Source of the DNA: Actinomycetes bacterium
GTDB lineage: Bacteria > Actinomycetota > Actinomycetes > Actinomycetales > Microbacteriaceae
Reading direction: 5' to 3'
Assembly (NCBI GenBank): GCA_021779075.1
Contig: JAJYBG010000001.1
Location: 1 to 62,958, forward strand
DNA: 62,958 nt
In this document: piece after piece, positions 52,429-62,958 of the stretch
Position numbering within the stretch: the first letter of the stretch is position 1
Layout of the letters: every line of letters begins with the position of its first letter
Notes under the pieces: model-generated
Told to the model about the DNA's origin: nothing
What the model saw: the letters and a program-made list of their open reading frames with translations, nothing else
Databases searched by the model: none
Program-made: the position numbers and the translations under genes

Positions 52429-54114
52429 TCAGGCCTTCACCGGCTCGGTCTCGAGGATGGCGGCCTCGGGGTGGTTGAGGTCGAACGCGGGCGACTCGCT
52501 GCGGATGCGCGGGATCGACGTGAAGTTGTGGCGCGGCGGCGGACAGCTCGTCGCCCACTCCAGCGAGCGGCCATAGCCCCACGGGTCGTTGGTGGTGACC
52601 TTCGGCGCCGTCCGGGCAGTGATATAGACGTTGAGCGCGAACGGGATCATCGAGATAGCCAGGATCGCGGCGCCGATGGTGGACAGCTGGTTCATCCAGG
52701 TGAAGCCGTCGCTGGGCAGGTAGGTGTAGTAGCGACGCGGCATGCCCATGACGCCCAGCCAGTGCTGGATGAGGAATGTCGTGTGGAAGCCGATGAAGAG
52801 CAGCCAGAAATGCCAGACGCCAAGCTTCTCATTGAGCATCTTGCCGGTCCACTTCGGCCACCAGAAGTAGAAGCCGGCGAACATCGCGAAGACGACGGTG
52901 CCGAAGACCACGTAGTGGAAGTGGGCGACGACGAAGTAGGTATCGGACACGTGGAAGTCGAGCGGCGGGGAGGCGAGGATGACACCGGTGAGCCCGCCGA
53001 AGGTGAACGTGATGAGGAATCCGATCGCGAAGAGCATCGGGGACTCGAACGTCAGCGAGCCACGCCACATCGTGCCGAGCCAGTTGAAGATCTTCACACC
53101 CGTCGGCACCGCGATGAGCATCGTCATGAGCGAGAAGAACGGCAGCAGGACGGAGCCGGTGACGTACATGTGGTGCGCCCACACCGTGATCGACAGGGCG
53201 GCGATCGAGATCGTCGCGTAGATCAGCGTCTTGTAGCCGAAGATCGGCTTGCGACTGAAGACCGGCAGGATCTCAGAGACGATGCCGAAGAACGGCAGCG
53301 CGATGATATAGACCTCCGGGTGGCCGAAGAACCAGAACAGGTGCTGCCAGAGCAGGGCGCCCCCATTGGCGGAATCCAGCAGGTGCGCGCCGAGAATGCG
53401 GTCGGCGCCGGCGGCGAAGAGGCCCGCGGCGAGGACCGGGAACGCCATGAGGATGAGCAGCGAGGTCACCAGGGTGTTCCAGGTGAAGATCGGCATGCGG
53501 AACATCGTCATGCCCGGGGCGCGCATCGTGATGATCGTGGTGATGAAGTTCACGCCGCCGAGAATCGTGCCGAAGCCCGAGATGGCGAGACCGAAGAACC
53601 ACATGTTGCCGCCGAGGCCCGGCGAGAAGGTCGCGTTGGCGAGCGGCTGATAGGCGAACCAGCCGAAGCTCGCGGCGCCCTGCGGGGTGAGGAAGCCGGC
53701 GACGGCGATGAGCGAGCCGAAGTTGTAGAGCCAGTAGGCGAAGGCGTTGAGGCGCGGGAATGCGACGTCGGGCGCGCCGATCTGCAGCGGCATGAGCGCG
53801 TTGGCGAAGCCGGCGAAGAGCGGCGTCGCGAACATGAGCAGCATGATCGTGCCGTGCATGGTGAAGAGCTGGTTGTACTGCTCCCGCGTCGGCACCACGT
53901 CGAGGCCGGGGGCCGAGAGCTGGGTGCGGATCACGAGTGCCATCACGCCGCCGACGAGGAAGTAGATGAACGACGTGATCAGGTACATGTACCCGATCGT
54001 CTTGTGGTCGGTCGACGTGATCCAGCTGACGATCACGTTGCCCTTGCGCTCGAAGTTGTTCTTGCCGAAGAGGTCGGCCGCGGGGCGCGCGACCGGCGCG
54101 ACTGTGGTGGTCAT
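52429..54114 (-). CDS. ctaD: Cytochrome c oxidase subunit I
   Basis: [36 protein letters not shown]. Confidence 0.98.
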   Translation of the reverse strand: MTTTVAPVARPAADLFGKNNFERKGNVIVSWITSTDHKTIGYMYLITSFIYFLVGGVMALVIRTQLSAPGLDVVPTREQYNQLFTMHGTIMLLMFATPLFAGFANALMPLQIGAPDVAFPRLNAFAYWLYNFGSLIAVAGFLTPQGAASFGWFAYQPLANATFSPGLGGNMWFFGLAISGFGTILGGVNFITTIITMRAPGMTMFRMPIFTWNTLVTSLLILMAFPVLAAGLFAAGADRILGAHLLDSANGGALLWQHLFWFFGHPEVYIIALPFFGIVSEILPVFSRKPIFGYKTLIYATISIAALSITVWAHHMYVTGSVLLPFFSLMTMLIAVPTGVKIFNWLGTMWRGSLTFESPMLFAIGFLITFTFGGLTGVILASPPLDFHVSDTYFVVAHFHYVVFGTVVFAMFAGFYFWWPKWTGKMLNEKLGVWHFWLLFIGFHTTFLIQHWLGVMGMPRRYYTYLPSDGFTWMNQLSTIGAAILAISMIPFALNVYITARTAPKVTTNDPWGYGRSLEWATSCPPPRHNFTSIPRIRSESPAFDLNHPEAAILETEPVKA

Positions 54115-55019
54115 TAGCCCTGTCCTCCGTTGTCAGAAGTGCTGGCCTCGGCGCCCGTGCCCGGGTCGGTTGCGGTGCGGTTGTAGGTGTTGTCGAGCGT
54201 GCCCGTGTAGCCCTTGTTCTTGAGGCTCGTGAGGTATGCCGTGTAATCGGCGCCGGAGACGACCTTGACCTGGAAGAGCATCGCCGAGTGGTACTCGCCG
54301 CAGAGTTCGGCGCACTTGCCCTCATAGGTGCCGATGCGGGTCGGCTCGACGTACATGTAGTTCGGGTGCCCCGGGATCAGGTCCTTCTTGTAGAGGAAGG
54401 CGGGCACCCAGAACGAGTGGATGACATCGCGCGACTCGAGCTCGATCGTGATCTTCTTGTTCACCGGCAGGTAGAGCGTCGGCAGCGCGGACTCGACCAC
54501 CGCGCCCGGCAGCGCACCGGAGGAGGTGTCGGCCTGCGCCTGGATGCCGACGTCGTAGACGTTCTCCTTCGTGTACTGGAAGTCGAACGACCACTGCTTG
54601 CCCTCGACGAGGATCGTCTCATCAGGGCTCGCCCACGGTCTCTCGATCGCGTCCTGGGCCTTCGCGGTGTAGGCGAAGAAACCGAGGACGAGGACGAGCG
54701 GGACGATCGTGTAGAAGATCTCGATCGGCATGTTGTAGCGCAGCTGCACCGGGAGGCCGGTCTGGCCCTTGCGGCGGCGGTAGACGACGACGCACCAGAT
54801 GATAAGGCCCCACACGACGATGCCGACGAGGAGCAGGACGATCCAACTGTTCACCCAGAGCGATGAGACCATGCCGGCCTTGCTCGTCACATTGGGCTGC
54901 CCGGCCACGAAACCAGGGAGGTAGCCGTTGAGCTGCTCAGTGGTACATCCGGCGAGAACGAGAGCTGTGACGGCTGCGATCGGGATCGCAGCCCACCGGA
55001 GACGACGTGACTGACGCAC
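54114..55019 (-). CDS. ctaC: Cytochrome c oxidase subunit II
   Basis: Lipobox [23 protein letters not shown] CuA motif. Confidence 0.97.
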   Translation of the reverse strand: MRQSRRLRWAAIPIAAVTALVLAGCTTEQLNGYLPGFVAGQPNVTSKAGMVSSLWVNSWIVLLLVGIVVWGLIIWCVVVYRRRKGQTGLPVQLRYNMPIEIFYTIVPLVLVLGFFAYTAKAQDAIERPWASPDETILVEGKQWSFDFQYTKENVYDVGIQAQADTSSGALPGAVVESALPTLYLPVNKKITIELESRDVIHSFWVPAFLYKKDLIPGHPNYMYVEPTRIGTYEGKCAELCGEYHSAMLFQVKVVSGADYTAYLTSLKNKGYTGTLDNTYNRTATDPGTGAEASTSDNGGQG

Positions 55020-55122
55020 CAGGGACCTTTCGAGTGAACCTGCGTTGGATCTTCTGCCAGCCTAGCGCGTTCGAAAGGACTGCCAATCGCCCTCGGCGGC
55101 GTGTGGCGGCCCAATTAAACGT

Positions 55123-55150
55123 CCGTGGCCCCTCCAATGAGGGGCCACGG
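55123..55150 (-). terminator. Terminator downstream of erpA
   Basis: CCGTGGCCCCTC-caat-GAGGGGCCACGG perfect 12-bp stem; T-rich tail on the minus strand. Confidence 0.8.
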
Positions 55151-55242
55151 AACGTGCGCTTCTGCACGGCTGCCAGCGATTCGGCGATCTGCGCGCCCAA
55201 TCGCGAAGCGACCCGCACCGCTGCTGCGGCGCGAAAACAGGT

Positions 55243-55605
55243 TCAGTGGAAGCTGTCTCCGCACGCGCAGGAACCAGAGGCATTCGGGTTGTCGATGGTG
55301 AAGCCCTGCTTCTGGATGGTGTCCTCGAAGTCGATGCTCGCGCCGTCGAGATAGGGCTGGCTCATCTTGTCGACGACGACCTCGACGCCGTCGCCGAATT
55401 CGACGACACCGTCGCCGTCGAGCATCCGCTCATCGAAGTAGAGCTGGTAGATCAGGCCCGAGCAGCCGCCGGGCTGCACGGCGAGTCGCAGGCGGAGGTC
55501 GTCGCGGCCTTCCTGCACGAGCAGCGCGCGCACCTTGTCGGCCGCGGCAGCGGTGAGATCCACGCCGTGGGCCTTGGTTTCTTCCGCGATAAGGGTGTTG
55601 GACAT
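55243..55605 (-). CDS. erpA: HesB/IscA/ErpA iron-sulfur cluster insertion protein
   Basis: GGCSG and CACGDSF motifs; GGAGG RBS. Confidence 0.93.
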   Translation of the reverse strand: MSNTLIAEETKAHGVDLTAAAADKVRALLVQEGRDDLRLRLAVQPGGCSGLIYQLYFDERMLDGDGVVEFGDGVEVVVDKMSQPYLDGASIDFEDTIQKQGFTIDNPNASGSCACGDSFH

Positions 55606-55613
55606 TACGCCTC

Positions 55614-57026
55614 CTAGAAGTCTTCTTTCGAGTGTAAGTCGAGACGCGCCAAGAAGAGCGCCTCCGTGAGAATGGCGCGCTGGAACACACCGAGGTGGAG
55701 CGACTCGTTGGGGCTGTGCGCGCGGGAATCCGGGTCCTCGACGCCGGTGACGAGGATCTGCGCCGCAGGGAAGACCCGGACGAGGTCGGCGATGAACGGG
55801 ATGGAGCCGCCGATGCCCGCCTCGACGGGTGCCGTGCCCCAGGCGTCCGCCATCGCCTGTTTGACGGCCGTCGCCGCCCACCCGCTCGTGTCGACGAGGA
55901 ACGGGTCGCCCTCCTCGCTGTAGAGCACCTCGAGGACGGCACCGAACGGGGCATTCGCCTGCAGATGGTCGAGCAGCGCCTGCTTGGCATCCGCCGCCGA
56001 CTGGCCCGGGGCGACACGCATGCTGATGCGCACCGTGACGCTCGGAACCAGCGTGTTGGAGGCGTTCGCCAGGCTCGGCGCGTCGACGCCGGTGATCGTG
56101 ATGGCCGGCTGAAACCAGAGCCGACCGAGCACCGGGCCGGTTCCGATCGCCGCGACGCCGGGCAGGAAGGCCGCGTCGCGGGCGAGCTCGTCCTCGGTGA
56201 ACCCAGGGGTCGGGGAATCCCGCCGGACGAGACCCGGTACCGCGACGGAGCCGTCTTCGTCCCACAGCGTGTCGAGGAGGCGGATAGCGGCGAGCATGGC
56301 GTCGGGAGCCGCGCCGCCCCACATGCCCGAGTGGGAGGCATGGGCGAGGGTCGAGATCTTGAGGTTGATGCCGACCATGCCGCGCAGCGCGACAGTGAGG
56401 CTGGGGGTCTCGACGTTCCAGTTGTCGGAGTCGGCGACGACGATCGCATCGGCCTCCAGGGCCGCCCTGTTGTCGTCGAGGAAGTTGACGAAGGAGGCGG
56501 AGCCGAACTCCTCCTCCCCCTCGACGAAGACGACGAGGCCGAGGTCGAAGTCGCCGGCGACCTCGGCGAGGGCTCGGACCGCGGCGACGTGGGTCATGAC
56601 GCCGGCCTTGTCGTCGGCGGCGCCGCGGGCGTAGAGCCGGTCGCCCTTGACGGTGGGCTGGTAGGGCGGGGTGTCCCAGTCGTTGTCCTTGCCGGGAGGC
56701 TGCACGTCGTGGTGCGCGTAGAGCAGCACCGTCGGACGGCCGTTCCGCGCCGGGCGCGTCGCGAGCACGGCCGGATGGCCGAGCTCGTCGGCAGCGACCT
56801 TCTTCGACTGCCTCACCTCGACGGTTTCGAAGACGCCGGTGGAGCGCAGCAGATCGGCGACGGCGTCCGCGCTGGCGCGCACCTGCGCGGCGTCGAAGGC
56901 CGGCCAGGACACCGACGGGATGCGCACCAGGGCGGAGAGGTCGGCGATGGTCGCCGGCACCGCGTCGGCGACAGCCTGGGAGACGGCCTGATCGCGCTCG
57001 GACAAGGACAGGGAGGCATCCGACAT
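55614..57026 (-). CDS. M20 family dipeptidase
   Basis: YAHHDVQP, RGAADDK, EGEEE.GS, HSG..GG, GGSIP, HSPNE. Confidence 0.92.
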   Translation of the reverse strand: MSDASLSLSERDQAVSQAVADAVPATIADLSALVRIPSVSWPAFDAAQVRASADAVADLLRSTGVFETVEVRQSKKVAADELGHPAVLATRPARNGRPTVLLYAHHDVQPPGKDNDWDTPPYQPTVKGDRLYARGAADDKAGVMTHVAAVRALAEVAGDFDLGLVVFVEGEEEFGSASFVNFLDDNRAALEADAIVVADSDNWNVETPSLTVALRGMVGINLKISTLAHASHSGMWGGAAPDAMLAAIRLLDTLWDEDGSVAVPGLVRRDSPTPGFTEDELARDAAFLPGVAAIGTGPVLGRLWFQPAITITGVDAPSLANASNTLVPSVTVRISMRVAPGQSAADAKQALLDHLQANAPFGAVLEVLYSEEGDPFLVDTSGWAATAVKQAMADAWGTAPVEAGIGGSIPFIADLVRVFPAAQILVTGVEDPDSRAHSPNESLHLGVFQRAILTEALFLARLDLHSKEDF

Positions 57027-57044
57027 GCCGGTAATCTTATGAGG

Positions 57045-57569
57045 ATGTCCGAAACCCCCGAACCCGCCGGCAAGGGCCGCGCCACCCCCAGCCGCAAAGA
57101 GAGGGAGGCGGCGCGCAAGCAGCCGATCGTCGCCGCCGACCGCAAGGCGGCACGCGTGCGCGCCCGCGCGCAGGACGCCGAAACGCGCGAGAAGAAGCGC
57201 ATCGGCATGGCCGCCGGCGACGAGCGCTACCTGCCGGCTCGTGACAAGGGTCCGCAGCGCCGCTACGCGCGCGACTTCGTCGACGCGCGGTTCAGCTTCG
57301 GCGAGTTCATGATCCCCGTCGTGGTGATCTTCCTCGTCGGCTCGTTCGTCCCGGCGATCAGCCAGTACATCCTCTTCGCGGTGTGGGCGTACGTGATCCT
57401 CGCCATCATCGACGGCTTCATCATCGGCGCGCAGCTGCGCCGACGCCTGAGCGCCAAATTCGGCACCGCCGAACGCGGCGTGAGCTGGTACGCGGCGATG
57501 CGCGCTCTGCAGCTGCGGCGACTGCGGGTCCCGAAACCGCAGGCCGCACGCGGGCAGTACCCGAACTAG
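57045..57569 (+). CDS. DUF3043 domain membrane protein
   Basis: GKGRATPSRKEREAA, RDKGPQRR..RDFVDAR, LRVPKP. Confidence 0.9.
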   Translation: MSETPEPAGKGRATPSRKEREAARKQPIVAADRKAARVRARAQDAETREKKRIGMAAGDERYLPARDKGPQRRYARDFVDARFSFGEFMIPVVVIFLVGSFVPAISQYILFAVWAYVILAIIDGFIIGAQLRRRLSAKFGTAERGVSWYAAMRALQLRRLRVPKPQAARGQYPN

Positions 57570-57578
57570 GCGCTGGGC

Positions 57579-58088
57579 GTGACGATCGTCGCGGCAGCGG
57601 ACGGCTCTGCACTGGGCAATCCCGGACCAGCCGGCTGGGCCTGGTACGTCTCCGACACCGTCTGGCACGCCGGCGGCTGGCCGCACGGCACGAACAACCA
57701 GGGCGAGCTGCAGGCCGTCATCGACCTGCTCGAGCAGACCGCGGTGGTCGCATCGGAGCCGCTGCGCGTGCTCTGCGACAGCCAGTACGTCATCAACACC
57801 GTGACCCAGTGGATCCCCGGCTGGAGGCGCCGCGGCTGGCGCAAGGCCGACGGCTCGCCGGTGCAGAACCTCGACTTCGTCAAGCGCCTCGACGCTGTGA
57901 CGGCCGGGCGCCAGGTCGAGTTCGAATGGGTGCGCGGGCACAACGGGCACGAGCTCAACGAGGCGGCGGACGTTCGGGCGCGGGCGGTCGCGACCGCCTA
58001 CCAGCTCGGGCGCGAGCCCGAGACCGGGCCGGGATGGCCCGGTGCGGGGGCCGCGGTGGCGGAATCCTCCGAGCCGACGCTGTTCTGA
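57579..58088 (+). CDS. rnhA: Ribonuclease HI
   Basis: DGSALGNPGPAGW, TNNQGEL, DSQY, WVRGH, NEAAD. Confidence 0.93.
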   Translation: MTIVAAADGSALGNPGPAGWAWYVSDTVWHAGGWPHGTNNQGELQAVIDLLEQTAVVASEPLRVLCDSQYVINTVTQWIPGWRRRGWRKADGSPVQNLDFVKRLDAVTAGRQVEFEWVRGHNGHELNEAADVRARAVATAYQLGREPETGPGWPGAGAAVAESSEPTLF

Positions 58089-58098
58089 GGGGCTTGCC

Positions 58099-58176
58099 CT
58101 CGGGCTGGGATTCGGCGCGACACGCCGCCGAGAAGCGCGATCCTCCGGCGTGTCGCCGGGGGTTCAGTCCCGTCGC
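58099..58176. repeat. REPIN-like palindromic unit (family A), solo copy between convergent rnhA and pyrD
   Basis: TCGGGCTGGGATTCGGCG-CGACACGCCG ... CGGCGTGTCG-CCGGGGGTTCAGTCC aligns end to end with 29818-29893. Confidence 0.7.
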
Positions 58177-59205
58177 TCAGGGCAGAAGCCGCTCGAGGCC
58201 CCGGTTGATGGCACGGACCCACAGCGGGCCCGAGTAGATGAACTCGGTGTACCCCTGCACGAGCGTCGCGCCGGCGCGGAGGCGGTCGACGACATCATCC
58301 GCGGTGCGCACTCCCCCGACCGAGATGATGCAGAGCCCGTCCGGCACGGTGGCGCGGACCAGGGCGAGCACCTCGAGCGAGCGCTTCGCCAGGGGCGCGC
58401 CGCTGAGGCCGCCCGGGCCGAGGGATTCCACGTACGCGGCATCCGTCACGAGTCCGTCACGCGAGGTCGTGGTGTTCGTCGCGACGATGCCGGCGAGGCC
58501 CGCCTCGACCGCGAGCCGCGCGATCGTCACGACCTGCTCGTCAGTGAGGTCGGGCGCGATCTTCACGAGCACGGGAGCCTGGGCGGAGTGCCCCTTCACC
58601 GCGGCGAGCAGCGGGGCGAGCCGGTCGAACTCCTGCAGCCCACGCAGCCCCGGCGTGTTGGGCGATGAGACGTTGACGACGAGGTAGTCGGCGACCGGCG
58701 CCGCGGCCTCGGTCGAAGCGACATAGTCGGCGAGGGCATCCTCGACCTCGACGACGCGGCTCTTGCCGATGTTGACGCCGATGACCGGTCGCCTCGCGGT
58801 GTAGCCGAGACGGCGGAGCCGGTTCGCCGCCGCCGCCGCACCCTGGTTGTTGAACCCCATCCGGTTGATGAGCGCGCGGTCGCTCACCAGCCGGAACAGG
58901 CGCGGGCGCGGGTTGCCGGGCTGCGGGACGGCGGTGACCGTGCCGACCTCGACATGGCCGAAGCCCAGCGCCCAGAGCCCGAGGGGCGCCTTCGCGTCCT
59001 TGTCGAAGCCGGCGGCGAGACCGAAGGGCGTCTCGAAACGGCGACCAAGCGCGGTGACCGAGATATCGCGACGCGGCGCCGTGAGGCGGTGGATCAGCGG
59101 CGCGAGGCCGAGCTCCTGGACGACCTGAAGGACTCGGAACGCAAGGCGGTGGGCCCGCTCCGGGTCGATGCGCGTGAAGACCAGGGCGAAGAGCAGCCGG
59201 TACAT
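58177..59205 (-). CDS. pyrD: Quinone-dependent dihydroorotate dehydrogenase
   Basis: GLAAGFDK, NRMGFNN, NVSSPNTPGLR, KIAPD, GGLSG. Confidence 0.96.
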   Translation of the reverse strand: MYRLLFALVFTRIDPERAHRLAFRVLQVVQELGLAPLIHRLTAPRRDISVTALGRRFETPFGLAAGFDKDAKAPLGLWALGFGHVEVGTVTAVPQPGNPRPRLFRLVSDRALINRMGFNNQGAAAAANRLRRLGYTARRPVIGVNIGKSRVVEVEDALADYVASTEAAAPVADYLVVNVSSPNTPGLRGLQEFDRLAPLLAAVKGHSAQAPVLVKIAPDLTDEQVVTIARLAVEAGLAGIVATNTTTSRDGLVTDAAYVESLGPGGLSGAPLAKRSLEVLALVRATVPDGLCIISVGGVRTADDVVDRLRAGATLVQGYTEFIYSGPLWVRAINRGLERLLP

Positions 59206-59209
59206 CGCT

Positions 59210-59668
59210 CTACCCGGCGGCGTGGTGGTCGCGATTGAGCTGCGCGATCGCCTGCTCGAAGTCGGCCAGCGACTCGAAGCCCTGGTAGACGCTCGCGAAC
59301 CGGAGGTAGGCGACCTCGTCGAGCTCGCGCAGCGGCGGGAGCACAGCGACGCCGATGTCGTTGGAGTCCACCTGCGAGGCGCCGGTCGCGCGGATCGTCT
59401 CCTCGACCTTCTGCGCGAGGACCGCGAGGTCGGAATCCGTCACCGGCCGACCCTGCGTCGCCTTGCGAACGCCCGACATGACCTTCTCGCGGCTGAACGG
59501 CTCGACCGCTCCGCTGCGCTTGATCACGGTGAGGCTCGCAGTCTCGGTCGTCGAGAAGCGGCGGCCGCAGTTGGGGCACTCGCGGCGGCGGCGGATCGAG
59601 GTGCCGTCGTCGCTGGTGCGCGAGTCGATGACGCGCGAGTCGGGGTGGCGGCAGAAGGGGCAGTGCAC
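59210..59668 (-). CDS. nrdR: Transcriptional repressor NrdR
   Basis: CPFC, RVIDSR, RRRREC..C.RRFST.E, ATP cone, [10 protein letters not shown]. Confidence 0.97.
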   Translation of the reverse strand: MHCPFCRHPDSRVIDSRTSDDGTSIRRRRECPNCGRRFSTTETASLTVIKRSGAVEPFSREKVMSGVRKATQGRPVTDSDLAVLAQKVEETIRATGASQVDSNDIGVAVLPPLRELDEVAYLRFASVYQGFESLADFEQAIAQLNRDHHAAG

Positions 59669-59827
59669 GGGGTCAAGGGTATCGGCGGAGCCGGACGGGA
59701 ACCTGCTTGCCCGCCCATGAGCCGCGAGGAACGCCTCGCGAGCCTCACGCCCGACCACGCCCGGCACGCAGCTTCCGTCCGCCTCGGCGCCCAGCGACCG
59801 ACGGCAGGCAGCGCCCCGGGAGGGGAA

Positions 59828-61126
59828 TCAGCGAAAACGCGCTGTCACAGCCTCGCCGTGCGCGGGCAGGTGCTCGGCGTTCGCGAGGGCGACGATGGCC
59901 GGCTCGAGTTCGGCGAGGGCCTTGCGTGAGTACTCGATGACCTGTTGCGGGCGCAGGAAGGTGTAGGCGCCGAGGGCGCTCGAGAAGCGCGCTGTGCCAC
60001 CGGTAGGGAGCACATGGTTGGACCCGGCGAGATAGTCGCCGAGGCTCACCGGCGTGCTCTGCCCGAGGAAGATCGCTCCGGCGTTCTCGATGCGCGCGAG
60101 CGTCGCGTGCGGGTCGGCGGTGTGCAGTTCGAGGTGCTCGGGCGCGTAGGCGTCGCTGAACGCGACCGCGGCGGCCTCGTCGTCGACGAGGACGATCGCG
60201 GATTGCGGCCCGTCGAGCGCCACGCGGGCCCGGGCCGCGTTGGCGGTGGCGGCGAGCAGCGGGCGGATGGCGAGGCGCACCGCATCTCCGAGCTCCGCCG
60301 AGTCGGTGACGAGCACCGAGGCCGCGGCCTCGTCGTGCTCGGCCTGGCTGAGCAGGTCCGCGGCGATGATCACGGGGTCGGCCGTTTCGTCGGCGATGAC
60401 GAGGATCTCGGTCGTGCCCGCCTCGGAGTCGATGCCGACGACGCCGCGCACCAGGCGCTTGGCCGCGGCGACGTAGATGTTGCCGGGACCGGTGATGATC
60501 TGGACAGGTCGGAGTCCCGCATCGGGCACCCCGTAGGCGAGTGCGCCGATCGCGCCGGCTCCCCCCATGGCGTAGACCTCGTCGACGCCGAGCAGGCCCG
60601 CCGCGGCGAGGATGAGCGGGTGCACGCCGCCCCCGAACTGCTTCTGCGGCGGGCTCGCGAGCGCGATCTCGCGCACTCCGGCGACCTGCGCCGAGACGAC
60701 ATTCATGACGACGCTCGACGGGTAGACGGCCTTTCCGCCGGGCACGTAGACGCCGGCCCGTGCGACGGGGTGCCAGCGCTGGACGATGGTGGCGCCGTCG
60801 GCGATCGAGGTCGTGGTCTCTGGCGGCACCTGCGCCCGGGCGCCCTCCGTGACGCGCGCGATGGAGAGCTCGATCGCCGCCCTCAGTTCGGTGCCGAGCC
60901 CGGCGATGGCGGCGTCGAAGGCGGATTGCGGCACGCGCAGCTGCGCCGGCCGGCCGCCGTCGAAGCGATCCGCCTGCTCGAAGAGCTGCGCCACTCCGCC
61001 GCCGCGCACGGCGTCGATGAGCGCCCCGGCCGCCTCGGAGGCAACGGACACGTCGACGATCGGGCGAGGCACGGCCTTGCCGAACTCGGAGGCCGCTTTC
61101 CCGCGCAGATCAATGGTCCGAAGCAC
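59828..61126 (-). CDS. hisD: Histidinol dehydrogenase
   Basis: GVYVPGG, GPGNIYV, EAG.TE, QAEHD, APEHL, GDY.AGSNHVLPT. Confidence 0.97.
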   Translation of the reverse strand: MLRTIDLRGKAASEFGKAVPRPIVDVSVASEAAGALIDAVRGGGVAQLFEQADRFDGGRPAQLRVPQSAFDAAIAGLGTELRAAIELSIARVTEGARAQVPPETTTSIADGATIVQRWHPVARAGVYVPGGKAVYPSSVVMNVVSAQVAGVREIALASPPQKQFGGGVHPLILAAAGLLGVDEVYAMGGAGAIGALAYGVPDAGLRPVQIITGPGNIYVAAAKRLVRGVVGIDSEAGTTEILVIADETADPVIIAADLLSQAEHDEAAASVLVTDSAELGDAVRLAIRPLLAATANAARARVALDGPQSAIVLVDDEAAAVAFSDAYAPEHLELHTADPHATLARIENAGAIFLGQSTPVSLGDYLAGSNHVLPTGGTARFSSALGAYTFLRPQQVIEYSRKALAELEPAIVALANAEHLPAHGEAVTARFR

Positions 61127-61176
61127 GACTCCAGGCTAATGGCGGCGGGTGGATGACCGTCCTCGCCCACCAGCCC

Positions 61177-62958
61177 TCACGATGCCAGGCAGGCGGAGCC
61201 GAGCAGTCCCTTGAGCTCGCCGAAGAGATCGGGGGTGACCGCGACGCGGGCAGGCAGTTCGAAGACGCGCGCTACATCGTCCTTGACGAGCCGCAATCGC
61301 ACCTCGCTCTCGCCGCGGTGCCTCGCCAGCACGTCGGCCAGCTCGCGCACGGTGTCCGGGGTGGCCCGCTTCTCCGGCAGCGAGAGGGTGAGCGGCCCGG
61401 CGTCGGTCGATACGGCTTCGACAACGGACAACGTCTGGGCATGGAGGTTCATGCCATCGTCGCGCAGGCTCACGCGGCCTCGGATGACGACGATGGCATC
61501 GTTCTGCAGCCGCGCGCCGTACTCCTGGTAGGCGCGGCCCAGGAACATCACGGCGACCTCGGCGCCGAAATCCTCGACGGTGATCGTGGCGTACTGGTTG
61601 CCGGACGCCTTCGCGACGCGGTGCTGCACGCCGGTGACGAGGCCCGCAACGGTGACGGTATCGCCGTCGGAGACCGACTCCGAACCGGTGAGGTCGGCGA
61701 TCGACGTACTGGCGTACTTGGCGAGGGTGAGCTCGAGCCCGGACAGCGGATGATCCGAGACGTAGAGGCCGAGCATCTCGCGCTCGAAGCCCAGCTTGGT
61801 CTTCTTGTCCCATTCCGGCCGCTCGGGCACCACGGAAATCGGCCCGGTGTCGGCGTGGGCCTCGAAGAGCGAATCGAAATCGAAGCCCGCCTGCCCCGTG
61901 GCCTCCACGCGCTTCTCGCTGACGACCAACTCCACCGCGCCCTCGTGGATCTCGACCAGCGCGCGGCGGCTCGCGCCGAAGGTGTCGAACGCCCCGGCCT
62001 TGATGAGCGACTCGACGGTGCGCTTGTTCGCGACCGCCAGCGGCACCTTCTTGAGGAAGTCGTGGAACGACTCGAACCTGCCCTTCCCCTGGCGGGCCTC
62101 GCGAATGCCGTCGACGACGTTCGCTCCGACATTGCGCACCGCTCCGAGGCCGAAGCGCACGTCGGAGCCGACGGCAGTGAAGTACAGCGACGACTCGTTG
62201 ACGTCCGGCGGCAGCACCTTGATGCCCATGCGGCGGCACTCGCCCAGGTAGAGCGCCATCTTGTCCTTGGAGTCGCCGACGCTGGTGAGCAGCGCTGCCA
62301 TGTACTCGGCCGGGTAATGCGCCTTGAGGTAGGCGGTCCAGTACGAGATGACGCCGTAGGCGGCCGAGTGGGCCTTGTTGAACGCGTAGTCGGAGAACGG
62401 CAGCAGAACGTCCCACAGCGCGCCGACCGCGCTCTGCGAGAAACCGCGTTCCTTCATCCCGGCGGAGAAGCCCGCGAACTGCTTGTCCAACTCGCTCTTC
62501 TTCTTCTTGCCCATCGCCCGCCGCAGGATGTCCGCCTGCCCGAGCGAGAAGCCGGCCACCTTCTGCGCGATGGCCATCACCTGCTCCTGGTAGATGATGA
62601 GGCCGTAGCTCTCGGCGAGGATGTCCTCGAGCGGCTCGGCGAGCTCGGGGTGGATCGGCGTGATCTCCTGCAGACCGTTCTTGCGCAGCGCGTAGTTGGT
62701 GTGCGAATTCGCCCCCATCGGGCCGGGCCGGTACAGCGCGATGAGGGCCGAGATGTCGCCGAAGCTGTCGGGCTTCATGAGCCTGAGCAGCGCGCGCATC
62801 GGTCCGCCGTCGAGCTGGAAGACCCCGAGCGTGTCGCCGCGCGCGAGCAGCTCGTAGGCATCCGCGTCGTCGAGGCTGAGATCCTCGAGGACGAGGTCGA
62901 TATCGCGGTTCGCGCGGATGTTGTCGAGCGCGTCATTGATGATGGTGAGGTTGCGCAG
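61177..62958 (-). CDS. dnaE: DNA polymerase III subunit alpha, C-terminal part (5' end outside window)
   Basis: GVFQLD, ALYRPGPM, YQEQVM, YAFNKAHSAAY, LGLYVSDHPL; frame stays open to the window edge. Confidence 0.97.
   Translation of the reverse strand: MRNLTIINDALDNIRANRDIDLVLEDLSLDDADAYELLARGDTLGVFQLDGGPMRALLRLMKPDSFGDISALIALYRPGPMGANSHTNYALRKNGLQEITPIHPELAEPLEDILAESYGLIIYQEQVMAIAQKVAGFSLGQADILRRAMGKKKKSELDKQFAGFSAGMKERGFSQSAVGALWDVLLPFSDYAFNKAHSAAYGVISYWTAYLKAHYPAEYMAALLTSVGDSKDKMALYLGECRRMGIKVLPPDVNESSLYFTAVGSDVRFGLGAVRNVGANVVDGIREARQGKGRFESFHDFLKKVPLAVANKRTVESLIKAGAFDTFGASRRALVEIHEGAVELVVSEKRVEATGQAGFDFDSLFEAHADTGPISVVPERPEWDKKTKLGFEREMLGLYVSDHPLSGLELTLAKYASTSIADLTGSESVSDGDTVTVAGLVTGVQHRVAKASGNQYATITVEDFGAEVAVMFLGRAYQEYGARLQNDAIVVIRGRVSLRDDGMNLHAQTLSVVEAVSTDAGPLTLSLPEKRATPDTVRELADVLARHRGESEVRLRLVKDDVARVFELPARVAVTPDLFGELKGLLGSACLAS

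Noticed and set aside
55614-57950. 778-aa and 624-aa ORFs suggesting large fusion proteins around the dipeptidase and DUF3043
   Set aside because: The extensions are antisense read-through of neighbouring genes; true starts at 57026 and 57045 are supported by -10 elements.
61177-62958. Intein in dnaE or dnaE2
   Set aside because: Both visible sequences are colinear with normal polymerase motifs; no intein-sized insertion or splice motifs seen.

Overview
High-GC actinobacterial chromosome segment; gene content and order suggest Microbacteriaceae (inference). It spans the replication terminus, with a 28-bp dif site at 43823-43850. Most of it is core genome: fabG, serB, glgC/glgA, rpmE2, treS, the LexA-boxed imuA'-imuB-dnaE2 mutasome, uppP, tRNA-Leu(GAG), mshC, PAC2, trmI, a fused pafBC, tatAC, helY, lnt, rbpA, trpD, ctaE-qcrCAB, ctaCDF, erpA, rnhA, pyrD, nrdR, hisD and a partial dnaE. 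Two features stand out. (1) A ~55-60 bp two-hairpin repeat with compensatory base changes occurs between genes and also in frame inside two helicases and at the PafB-PafC fusion junction. (2) An AbiEi-N/DUF559 (Vsr-like) nuclease gene is bracketed by two ~85 bp REPIN-like palindromic units, with a solo third copy about 28 kb away. Also present: no Pup-proteasome genes at their usual locus, a small decayed patch beside dif, several gene remnants, and widespread leaderless promoter architecture. All calls come from reading the sequence and motifs; no database searches were run.
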